This document shows positions 12,601-24,639 of a stretch of 64,000 nt of DNA, piece after piece (position 1 is the stretch's first letter; every line of letters starts with the position of its first letter). Source of the stretch: Epiperipatus broadwayi (taxonomy: Eukaryota; Animalia; Onychophora); the NCBI GenBank assembly GCA_028023455.1, contig JAQFVV010000005.1, positions 19,158,001 through 19,222,000 on the forward strand. The letters run 5' to 3'. Position numbers and translations under genes: made by a program. Below the pieces are notes generated by a model that searched no databases, was not told where the DNA came from, and saw nothing but the letters and a program-made list of their open reading frames with translations.

Positions 12601-15140
12601 TTTGGATCTCCAGATTCTGTTTAACCATCCGCTTATATAAATTTCTCCAACATTACCAATATCTGGCTGCCAGAGTCTCACAACATTGCATTTGGTATAG
12701 TCATTTTTGGGCATTCTTGGGGCTAATTAATGGTTTCCCTGTCCTACTCCCAGATAAGGTTATCTACCCATTTTTCTCCTCAATCTTTTTACAACTCTCC
12801 TCTGTTTCTTTTATCCTTTTTCTCTCCTTTTGTTTCCTTCTTTAATACCCTTCTCTAATTTCACTTCTTTTTTTATTTCATCCTTGAACTCTGTCATTAC
12901 TTCCTTTATTCTTATCAATGACTCTACATCTTCATTTTCTATTTTCATATTGACTGCCATAGTTGTAGAATATTTTCTACTTCGTACTTCTATAAACTAT
13001 TATTGTTTGTGGATATAACTGTCCTTAAATCCTACTTCTCTAATATAGAAAACGTAACAATGAGACAAAAAAAAAAACCTCTTGAAATGGCCAATTCTAA
13101 ATTTCCACCCCCTTTGTGTGTGTATATATGTATAATATATATTCTTTTTTTTTTCTAGTCTAAAAGAAAAATAAAATTTAAAATGGCAGTTTTTCTTTCT
13201 GCTTATATTATTGGAACGATCAAAAAAAAATTACTACGTACACAGATATTTCGATCTTTATTAACCTTTCCTTATCGACCCTATCTCCATCTATATATGT
13301 CTTTTTCCCATACCCATATCTCGAACGAATTTATCCCTATCTTTTAATTTTATATATATCTTTGACGATTCTTTTTTACCTACTTATTTTTCATTATATT
13401 ATCAACTAGTATTTATTGGCTTTTTTTTTTTAGATTACATGAATTTTACTTTTGTTTTATTGAAATATCTAATTTCTAACTTTTATTGTTCAAATGTATG
13501 CTAATATTTCTTTTCTAACTTTTATTGTTCAAATGTATGCTAATATTTCTTTTCAAACTAACTGCTTTTTTAAAACCTTCCCCCTATTCTACCTCTCTCG
13601 AGAAGGACAGAAAACTTTTAAATTACAACACTATAACTTACTTTCAAATTACTACTCTATAATTATTCTCCAGTTCTTGTTTTTGAGATCCCGCTTTTGG
13701 GCTGCCATTGTGGCTCAGAAGCACCCACATTGGATGGCATTGTACTGTTTTAAGTCAATTTAGGCTTTATACATTATAAATTGCTAATGTATTTGTTAAT
13801 CAAGTTATTTCTGCATTTATTCATTCTTGATATTAGAAAGCTTCACAAAACATAATTACGTTTCTAGATTAACTTGCCTAATTCATTATCAGTTCGGTTT
13901 TGTTTGTTATCTAATTGGTCAATGTGTTAGTTTTTAATTTATTTGGTCAGTGCCAGTTATATAACTCACTGACCCAGAGTGATTAATAAATGTAACTGTT
14001 TCAATTAAATTTTGGGAAGCTTAGTTTCTCTTTTTTTTTGTTTTATAGTAATTTTCCGGGGTTATAACTCTTAAAGTAGTATTGGCATTATAAAACAGAT
14101 ACCCTCAAATTAGTTAGTTGGCATAACTAAATAATTAAAATAAAATAGATATACAATGAACAGATTATACTATGAGGAGCAATTTATCAAAACTACTTAT
14201 AAATATAATAATAAATAAGTATTAAAAGAAATACACACACATTAAACAAATAGGATATATAATAAACAAGTAATTAATATTTTAATTTATCAGTCACGGA
14301 TCCATTCACTTCATGAATTTTCCTTTCTGTTTGGTGTTTTTATTTTTTTTTGTAATGAGTTCATTCTAAGGTTATGTTTAAACACTCTCATATAGTATAA
14401 TGATTCATCTTATCAATAAGTTTCTTTGTAGTCAAGATATTACTTAATAATTTACCATGCATGTTTTTTTTTTGTTTGAAAAAATCCATGGTTTAGTATC
14501 TGGGTTTTGTTCTTGCAAAGTTATTCAGTTTCTGGTCTAAGAAAGGTGACGGTTCGACTATGGAAAGCATATCGGCGGATGCTCTGTTTCTACTCTGACA
14601 TTGAGTGACAATTTAACACACAACAAATCTGATGAAACATTCTATTGTGACTGCTTGGAACAATGTGAAATTTCATCCTAACTCAAGCATCGACTCTGCC
14701 AGAAACCAAGAAAAGCAAAAAAGCCTTTTATCTCCAATTTTCATCTACCATGCAGATGCTGATCTCACCTTTCTCTTTTCTTTTGTCCCAACTTACTTTT
14801 GAACATTTCTTCAGAATTTTGCTTTGCAAAGTTCTTTTATGATAACTCCCTTAGGGCCATCTTCAATTACAGGCAATTAGCATTTTTTTCTTTTTCTATA
14901 ATTAAAATTATTTGTCTTCAGATTTTATCTTAGCACTGTGAGGCCGTTCTTATTCTGCTTTAAAAAAATGTAATCCTCATTGTATGTATATATATAAAAT
15001 TATACCAACTTTGAAAAACAAATGAGAAAAAAAATTTATACAAAAGATTTTATCTTTTTCCCCCTTTTCTTTTTTTTAATATACAAGATTTTCAAATGCC
15101 AATCCACTTGTACCATATATATAAATGGTACAATATATAT

Positions 15141-18100
15141 TGTAACTCTCACAACTATATATATGATGTAAAACACATATGTGTTACATATACTTTCATA
15201 AATTAAAAAAATAAAAGAAAAAAAATAACTTGACAAATGAATTTTAAGGATTAATTAAAATATAGTGTCAGATCTTTTAAGTAGATTTGTTTTATGAATA
15301 ATAAGGGAGGGGAAGCTAAAGATTCAGAACTTCCTCTTTTCTTTTTATAATTAAAAACAAAATAAATGTTAAAGTAGTATGAAAATAGAAACAAAATCAA
15401 AATAGAACTAAACAATAAAATTGGTTAATAAAGGTAATCTTTGTAAACTATCTCATTGGCGTGAATGCATTTAAATTTTGGAATGATTCCTGGCCAATAA
15501 GGTAATAGATTAATCTAAAAGAAAGATTAGCTAAATCATTTTAATTTTAAAACTAAAATCAAAATTTGATTCAAGTGAATATGAGAATCAGGTATAAAAT
15601 TGGCAGCTTGATAGTTGGGGGGAGGTCTTCTTATCCTATTCATTCTTCATTTAGCAAGATAACACAGAAAATCAATAAAAGCAGTTATATAAGGTTTTCC
15701 ATTGTGTACAAAAAAATATATAAGTTACAAGCCACAAAATAACAACATGTGTAGCTAAAAGAACTCAGTAGTGTCCATCTGGACTTTGTGTCCTGGTCCC
15801 TAGCAACATCAGTCTCCTGCTTTCAGTGCCTTGCCCATAATATAAGACATTACCACATACTTTCTCCTATTGTCACTTAAAAGCAAGGAGGAAGAAAAAT
15901 AAAATATCACTAATGACCAAATGGTCAGCTATGAGGAATGACAGAAGTAACAGAAATGGAAAGGACAATAAACCATGTAAAGAGAACTGCTAAAAGATAT
16001 CTTGTCATTAAAGAAACCCCAGGTAAATATGAACAGTCCAAAATTATTACTAAAAGTCTAGATATTACTAAGAGAAAGGACTATTAATATTATAAAATGT
16101 TTAATAATTATTGTATAGTTATTTTACTAAATACTAATTGGTCTATTTTCTCTCCTTTACCTGCATCACCATGATGATATGATTATTGATATGCATGTTA
16201 TTAATTCACTGGGTCCCCTGTCCAAGATATTGGAGCTAGTCTGGGTAAATCTTCAAGTGCTGGGTTCATTTGCCTTTCATCCAGGCATGCCGGCTAAATA
16301 AAGTTTATATAGCCAGATGGTGCCTGAGATTCATCTCAAAACAAATAACTTGCTTTGGAGGGTTGGTGTTGTTCCACCAGTTATGGAGGGGTGCTTTGAT
16401 CAGGAAAAAGATCAGGACTGTGCTTTCATGTAGTCTCGATCTGGTCAAAGGTATTGACAGTTAATCTTTCAATGAATATTGTATCCCTCTGGTTGAATGT
16501 GCAAATGTTGGGTCAAAGGTGTTATGAACTTCTAAATAAATATAAAATAATGTCTTAAAGAAACAAAAACCTGAATAGTTTAAGTAACTAATAAGTGAAA
16601 AAATAATGGACATATGAAATAAATAATGTTTCCAAACATAAATAAGGTATAAATGTCTAAACATTAAGTGTACACTACATATAGGAATTACTAAAACCAC
16701 CATGATTATTACAAATGTCATCCAAAGTGGGTGCCCTTATACCATAAATAGCCCATCATAGTTAAATTGTTTGAAACTAAATGACTATAAAAATCTAAGA
16801 TGCAAAAATAAAAAGTTGGTGAGTAGTGTAAAGTGAGAGATGACCAAAGTAAACATAATAAATAAAATTAAAAAATATATGATAAAGTGTAATAAGAGTA
16901 AAATGTAAATAAAAGGAGAGAGCAGAGAAATGTGGGCAGAGAGAGAAATTTTGCTGTATGATAGACGTTTTCGATAAACAAAGGTTTATTAAGCCATTGG
17001 TTTTGTTGGAGGGATGTATGCCATCATTTTGACTATTGTAAATGAATGCAAGATATGTTTAACAAACCACTTATTGTAGGGGATCATTAGTGCCCATTCA
17101 ATCTCAATGACCAAATAACCTGGTAGCTATAGATTACTATGAACAGTTGCCTCCATTTAAAAAAATGAAGTTATCTAGTGGTGGTTTATGATGTCTTTTC
17201 AAAACTAGTTATCGAACATCCTCTGGTTCAGGCGAATGCCAAGCAAATCATTCTGTTGGAAAAACTGCATTTTGTCTCATTGCAGTTTCAAAGAGAATTA
17301 ACTCTAATCATGGAACTCCATTTTAGAAGAATAAAAGAAATGGGTTCCCAAACATAAAATGAAATACATCCTCATGTCAATTCACAACCCTAACCCATGT
17401 GAGCAAATCACATGGGAATTAGTATGGTTATTTAGGATATATGTAAACACTAATAACAGGGTGGGTTAAGTGAATTCCACAGATTGTTAACATGATTAAT
17501 TGGTCCTGAAACAAATACACTGTGTTTGATCCCATCCAGCTTCATTTTGGAAAAAATATACTCACCTTTTAACTGCCTCCTCTGGACATGGACAGGGATG
17601 CTAGTCAAGCATGGTATAAGCTCAAAAGAATGGGAGAACTAAGACAAGAGACAAAGAAAAGTCAATAGTAAATTTAAACTGAGCAATAGAGTCATGATAA
17701 AGGTTAGCCCTGTAAGCTACCTGGAGAAACAAATACAAAATGTTTCAGCAGATTTACAAGGGTCCATATATTATAGTTTGCCAAAATGATAATGCATTTG
17801 TTATAGCAAAAGACAATGTGAAGAAAGAAAAATTATAATGTCTGGTCTCTAAAATTAGTTAAAAGCAAAAAAACTGCCTGACAAGATTTAAGTGGGTTGG
17901 AACAGACCCTCAGGCAATGATGAAAAAATTATAAATCAGCCTCAGATTTTGAAAATCAGAAAACAAATAAACAGTAATGATAATAAAAGTAAAAAAAAAA
18001 AAAATATCTCGACCTCGAAAAGAGATGTAGGGAAATTCAAAACAATTAAATTGGGTCAAATTGATGCCATTTTACTTCTCAAACCAAGAGGGGTTTGATG

Positions 18101-19808
18101 TAAATAAATATATATGATGTAAAACACACAGATATGTGTTACATATACTTTCATAAATTTAAAAAAAAAATTAAAATAAATTTTCTGAATTAAAATATAG
18201 TGTCGGATCTTTTAAGTAGATTTGTTTTATGAATAATAAGTGACAGAAAAGAGAATCCGGTTTAGATAAAGAAATCAAAATAGAACTAAACAATAAAATT
18301 GATTAATAAAAATAATCTTTGGAAACTATCTCATTGGCAGGATGCACTTAAATTTTGAAAAGATTCCTGGCCAATAAGATAGTAGATTAAAGTCAACAAT
18401 AGGAGAATCAGTTATAAAATCGGCAGCTTGATAGTTAGGAGGGTGGGTTTTCTTGTCTTAAACATTCTTCATTCAACAAGATCAAGCAGAGAAAATCAAT
18501 AGTAGCAGTTACATAAGGTTTTCCATTGTGTACACAAAATATAAAAATTACAAACTGGAAAGCAGCAACATGCATGGCTGAAAGAACTCAGGAGTGTCCA
18601 TCTGGGCTACATGCTCTGGTCTCCAGCAGCATCAGTCTCTTTTGCTATCAATGCCTTGCCCATTTAATACTTACCTACTTTCTATTGTCACTTAAAAGGA
18701 AGGAAGAACAAAAAAAATCACTGATGATCGATGGGAGCTATGAGGAATGACAGAAGCAGCAAAAGCAGAAAGGACCATAAACCATGGAAAGAGAACTGTG
18801 CTGTCAAAAAGATGGTGTCATCTTGTTAAAGAAAACCTAGGTAAATATGAACATTAAACAAGGAAAACTCTCCATACAGTAGTGCCACCCTGTGCCAATC
18901 AGAGTAAACAATGGATGCCAGAAGGCACAGGGTGGCACTACTGTATGGAGAGAGTTTTGCCTTGTTTAATAACAATTATGTGCAGTATGAGATAGTGATC
19001 ATGTGATGTTTAGTGTTTTAAATATGAACATTTTAAAGTTATTACTAAAAGTCTAGACATTACTAAGAGAAAGGACTATTAATATTATAAAATGATGTTT
19101 AATAATTATTGTATGGTTATTTTATTGTATTGAATATATATGTGTGTGTGTGTGTTGGGAAGTGTTTACTAAATACGATTTGGTCTATTTTCTCTCTCCT
19201 TTACCTGTGTCACCATGATGATATGATTATTGCTATGCATTCATTATTAATGCACTGGGCCCCCTGTCCAAGATGTTGAAACTAGTCTGGGTAAATCTTC
19301 AAGGGGTGGGGTCACTTATCTTTCATCCAGGCATGCCAGCTATATAAAGTTTATATGGCTGGATGATGCCTGAGATTCATCTCAAAACAAATAAATTGCC
19401 TTGGAAGATTGGTGTTGTCCCAGCAGTTGTGGAGAGGTGCTATAATCAGGCAAAATGGTCAGGACTGTGCATTTGTGTAGCCTCAATCTGGTCATAGGTA
19501 TCACTGACAGTTAATTTGTCAATGATATTCTACCCCTCTGCTTGAATGTGTGATCACTGGGTCAAAGGTGTTGTGAACTTCTAAATAAATATATAATAAT
19601 GTATTAAAGAAACAAAAACCTGAATAGTTGAAATAAATAATAAATGAAAAATAGTGATCATCTGACAATGAGATAATAAATATAAAATATGAAATAAATA
19701 ATTTTTCCAAACATAAATAAAGTACAAATGTCAAAATGTTAACCGGACAATATATATACGGAAACGTAGTCAGTTATCAAATGTACTAAAAACCCTGTGA
19801 CCATTACA
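15141..19808 (+). mobile_element. Internally deleted Gypsy LTR element (element 2)
   Basis: LTRs 15141-16713 and 18099-19808 (TGT...ACA), TSD ATAT on both sides, PBS-like TGTCATCCAAAGTGGGTGC at 16716-16734, PPT AAGAGGGG at 18086-18093. Only integrase-like remnants inside (LVAIDYY..LPP...VVVYDVFSKL near 17120-17210). Confidence 0.85.
18856..19018 (+). mobile_element. H1 family copy A (short hairpin plus tail, hammerhead part absent)
   Basis: TSD TAAATATGAACATT at 18842-18855 and 19019-19032. The sister LTR lacks the insert (about 16024-16050). Confidence 0.9.
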
Positions 19809-21715
19809 ATATATATATGTAATATTGTGGAAAGAGAAGTGATATACACTCAATCAATAAATGCTTTAAAAACATAGATATTATTTACATGTGTATTTTA
19901 GTAAATATTGTATTGTTTCACACAAAAAAATTTATTTTGGTAACATTTTCCACTTTTCTGACTGTAACATTTATATTGTTAAAAAAAATGTTTAAAGGTT
20001 ACTATGTATTAAAGTCTGTAAACATTCACAATAATATACAATACATTGTCGAAGGCAATATAAAATATTTATTACATTACTTTTTTTATTTAGTAAGTTG
20101 ATCCTCAATTCATGAATTTTGAATATCATTCCATCTTTGCAATCATTTGTAAGAAATTATACATCAGTGTTTAAACTTTGAATAGAAAGATGTAATTCAA
20201 ATTGTGATTAATATTTCTAAAAGGCTAATCATTATCATGTACATCCATTATCTATAATATGCTAATTAGTTGAAACTAAGTTTGCTTTTTGTAATTATAA
20301 TAGCAAATAAGAGTTTATTCTGAATGCATGGGATTTCTTGCTGCTTTATAAATAGAAATCAATGATCTTTGAGATCCTAAACATAAACCAAAATGCAGTC
20401 CTGGTTGAAGACTAATGTTTAATTAAGAACTGACTCAAATTTTTATTTACTTTTTTAATTTCATTTCTTTGTTTAGCATGCATTTTATTTCATGAGTATG
20501 CAAATAAAAAAAAACTTTACCAATCATTGAACTCAACATACATCTAGTAAGAAACTAAGCAGAGTCTCATTGCATTGTATCATATTGCAAGGAGGCAGGG
20601 CTTTCATTTTCTTCTTTCAGGTACTCATAACTATCATTTGCTGAAGGCCAAAGATTACAGGTTAATAGCTGCACATATCAACTGATTATAATTACCTTGA
20701 CTATTAAAAAAAAATAATTTAATGTAATCTTGATCAGTGGCAGGACATATATATTCTTTGTAGGTGATAAGTCACAGTTTATCATTATCTTTTAATTAAG
20801 TAGATATTTCCTCTGTATTGTTTGTTACTGATATTGTGTGAGGGTTGATTGCTTTCATGTATTTACATTTATAAATCTATCTAGTCTTAAGCATTATTAT
20901 CTAAGTAATACATATTTCAGTGGAATTTGAAAGTCTGCTTTCAGAACAGGTTATATTTACCTATGTAAAGAGGTTTTTTTAAATTTCTTTGAATTTATCA
21001 TTTCATTCTCTATAATCATTTTGCAATCTTTAGTGACTACATAAACTTATTAGACTAGGAAAATGTGGATTTTCACCTTTATAGTTAAAAGGTTGCCATG
21101 ACAACAGATTGAGATTGTTGTTGAAACTGTTTAAATGTTGACTGCATTCATGTATTTAGTATTCTTTTTGTATATACATGTGATATTTGTTTGCGGTGAG
21201 GCATGCAGTTTTCTAATAGAATTTAAGCTTGTAACTAATTAATAGGACTATTTCATATAAGAATAAATATTATAAGAGTATATATAGCTGCTGAAAATTA
21301 ATTGCAATAATAGATTAATATTGGTTCTTCCATTTTGCTTATGATTTGTTTTGAATATTATTTACTTTTATCATCACCAGACAACATTGATCAATAAACA
21401 TTACATTGGAATGATTATTGCATGTATATAATAAACACTTTTCAACAAGATTTCCTACAATATGTGCTGTCACAAAAAGTAAATATGACTTACTTTATAT
21501 TAATAATTGTGATATGAAATTCTGCAACACACTCAGAAGATTAAAAGCATCTTAATTTTATATCTTTTATTCTTGCCTAATCTCATACCAAAATTCAGCT
21601 TAGCCCCACTGATGGAAAAATAATACATACTGCATTGATATTTTTATTTTATTTGCAGGATCTTAGTCAATACTTTATATAATAAATTGTTTTTCTCTTC
21701 ACCAATAAAAATTGT

Positions 21716-22450
21716 AATTATACATATGCGATTTTTTCGCATGCATTAGTGAAGCTGTAATTATACTATAAGGTTTAATATGCCAGCTTACCACTTTAGA
21801 GATTTAAATAATTCCAAAAATAAAATAGAAAAAGATTAAGCCCTCATGTGGTCTATAAAATAGCATGCCCTCAATTAGGCTGCCAGGCAACTTACTACTG
21901 TGAGACTCAGGCTAACATCAACACAAGAATTTACCAATACAGGTATGCATACAACAGGGTTAAAAATAAAAATGAAGGAACATCAATCTTCTGGGACCAC
22001 CGAGCAGCTATAGGCCATGTATTCGAACACAGTTCTGCCCAAATAATTTGCACAGAGAAGAATGATGCCAAAAGAAAGGTCAAAGAAGCTTTTTACATAG
22101 CAAATTATCTCAGTGCCATTAATAGAAGAGAGTCATGCTTTGCTCTCTCCAAATAATGGACTAACTAATTAAAAATTCAAGCTCATTTGCATATATGTAC
22201 AATAAATTACAAGTCTTCATTCGTAAAGCTATGAGTATGAGATTAGAATACTAAATCTCGAAAGCGCTAAGCAGGCATATTAAACATTATAGTATAATTA
22301 TAGCTTCACTAACACATGCGAAAAAATCGTATATGTATAATTCAATACTTTATACTATGGTAATAAGGTAATACAGTTTTCATTTATTTATTTGATTCAA
22401 TACTTTATACTATGGTAATAAGGTAATACAGTTTTCATTTATTTGTTTGA
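21716..22450 (+). mobile_element. PLE 3' fragment with short inverted 5' arm and duplicated tail
   Basis: ORF 21848-22156 VYKIACPQLGCQATYYCETQ...EKNDAKRKVKEAFYI is GIY-YIG-like. 21716-21815 mirrors about 22250-22342. A 55-nt tail is repeated at 22341 and 22396. Confidence 0.8.
22228..22272 (+). ncRNA. Minimal hammerhead ribozyme, A3-U8 variant
   Basis: gct-ATGAGTA-T-GAGATTAG aata CTAAATCTC-GAA-AGCGCT-A-agc. Helix III palindrome AGCGCU. Located about 70 nt after the GIY-YIG stop codon. Confidence 0.65.
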
Positions 22451-22889
22451 ATATAAATATTTGCCTACCTTTTAGTCTTTCTTATGATTTATGCTAAAAT
22501 TAATTAAAATAAATCTGAGCATTATAATAAATTCTCAATTTATAAGTATACAGATTAAATCCATGTGCAAGTGTCTTAGCTTCTATAGAGAAATTGGCAT
22601 CTCCTTTTGTAAGATAAAGAAAGATTATTTTGTTAAGACTCAATGAGGATAAAGGACAACAATCTAGTATGAAAAAAAGTTTGAAACATCTATACATATA
22701 ATAAATACTTGCATAGATATAGTTTGTGAGCATTCACAAAATTAAGTAAATTCATCAACAATGAATTTTTAATTTATCTGACAAGATGTATGCAGTAAGT
22801 GTATTTAAAAGTTTAATGTTGAAATGTATTTGAAAATCATATAAATTATCCAACCTCTCTGACTATGAATATATCTTTAAACACACACT

Positions 22890-23630
22890 TTACTTTTCAA
22901 GTGAGTAAGATATACAAAAAACGTTCTAATTTAACTTCATATATACATTTTTAGATATTCTTAAACCTAACGTCATATTCTTATATTTTTAGATATATTT
23001 CAAAATTTCTATTCTATAACACATTGTGAAATGATTAAAACCATGTGGAAAAGACATGATTCCTAAGATGCACATTTCAATTAAACCAGCACTCATCAGT
23101 TGGCCTAGATCACAATCTCGTACATGTTTTCATCATTTGTTCACTACTGTTTGATTTATAACTATCAAATTTTCTGCATTCAGATCTTTTAAACTACTTT
23201 ATGTAAATATATTATTACTGTCAACATGGTGGACATGGAGAATTCAGGTTTTGATAACTCTACAACAATATAACTATTGTTCATTAACTGTGATTTAAAG
23301 TATAATATTTGTGCTAGGGATATCTAGTTTAATAAATGATTAGTAATATTTGTCAATATATTTACATAGTGGTTTGTGTCAAAGTTGGGAGTGTAGATAG
23401 TTCGACATGATGAAAATGTGTAAAAGATTGTAATCTGGGCAACTGATGAGTGGTAATTCCGCATGAAATGCACATCGTGAAGGGCATTAATCTGATTCAC
23501 ATCTTTGTTCATGTAAAAGTTTGAAATATATCTATATATATGAAATATATCTAAAAATATACACATGAAGTTAAATTATACGTCATGTATATCTTATGCT
23601 CTTCAAAAATGAAGTAAGTTTTTCAAAAAT
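22890..23630. repeat. Old diverged palindrome with decayed hammerheads in both arms
   Basis: Arms about 22890-23150 and 23400-23630. CTGATGAGTG...GAAATGTGCATC at 23067-23099 (minus) and CTGATGAGTG...CATGAAATGCACATC at 23443-23476 (plus). Confidence 0.6.
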
Positions 23631-24607
23631 GCATCCATAGTGAAAAAGATTGTTTTGATGGATGTTTGAGATATGATAGACTGTGAAAGAAGCAGCAATT
23701 AAAAAACAAACTTGAAAATATATACATGTAATTAATACTTAAATACATACATGAAAACTTAATTTATTAAACAAGCTATACACAGTATTTAAATAAATGT
23801 TTCATGTTAAACATATTTGAAAGTCAATTTCATTATGCAACAGATGTTTTTTTCTTTTCTTTTTTTACCTTTGTGAAGATGTTATATTTTTTAAAGTAGA
23901 TTAATAATTTGAAAAACTGATTGAATTATTTGATAAGAATCAATAATTAAATCTAAACAACTTTATTACATTTTGACAGCTAATTAATTAGACAATCAGA
24001 TTTTTTATTAATAATTGCTTGGCATCATATTCTAATATTAATAAGCCTCTAAATAACTCATGGCTTATCAGATATATAATGTTAATAAGATAAATCTATT
24101 CACAATAAACATTATTAGATAATTTACAAACTTATGAATTATTATAATGTTTTCAGACTTTGTTGCAAGCAATAATACTTTGGGCAAGTAATTTTACTAT
24201 TCAATTTTGCTCGAGTCCAATGGTTTCAAAAGAAATAATCTGTCAAAGTATACTGGAAAATAATATATGAAGTTTCACGAGTCAGTAAAAGTAAGCTCAG
24301 CAAATATAATCACAGCTTGTACTTGTTTTATTGATATTCTCAAGAAGAAAATATTAAATTACAAAAAAATATGCTCTACTTTCATTTAAATTTTACTAAC
24401 AAAATCAAAAATTGTTTTGCAATTTGAATTCAATGTAAACATTAAAAAAATGTTTCGAGAAAATTAATATTTTTTTCTTCCAATGTAATGTTGAGAGAGC
24501 AAACATTAAAAGTTCTACTAAGCTATCTTTTTGCATTATTTTCATATGTAATAAAATAACTCTTACTTTTTAAATTAACAATATATTTTGCTGTTACTGC
24601 ATCTTCT

Positions 24608-24639
24608 TACAGTTTTGAGTGCCTAGCAGTCCTCTTCAG
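24608..24639 (-). ncRNA. Decayed hammerhead related to the 39351 motif
   Basis: CTGAAGAGGACTGCTAGGCACTCAAAACTGTA versus CTGACGAAGACTGCTAGTACAGTCGAAACTGTT at 39351. G12 is lost. Confidence 0.5.

Larger units (their letters stand above)
7097..15132 (-). mobile_element. Full-length but decayed Gypsy LTR retrotransposon (element 1)
   Basis: Direct repeats 7097-9634 (interrupted by a PLE) and 13741-15132, both TG...CA. TSD ATAT at 7093-7096 and 15133-15136. PBS-like ATGCCATCCAATGTGGGTGC (minus of 13721-13740) resembles the tRNA-Lys(CTT) PBS. Interrupted RT (YMNDVI), RNase H (VRSFLGLCNFY) and integrase (LIAIDFYGSL...LLVVYDFFSK) pieces. Confidence 0.88.

Noticed and set aside
19270-19292. GAAACTAGTCTGGG identical to the H1 core end
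   Set aside because: No upstream CUGA core or stem II, and the sister LTR has GAGCTAGTCTGGG.
21092-21105. GTTGCCATGACAAC RFX X-box-like palindrome
   Set aside because: One mismatch from consensus and no associated gene start identified.
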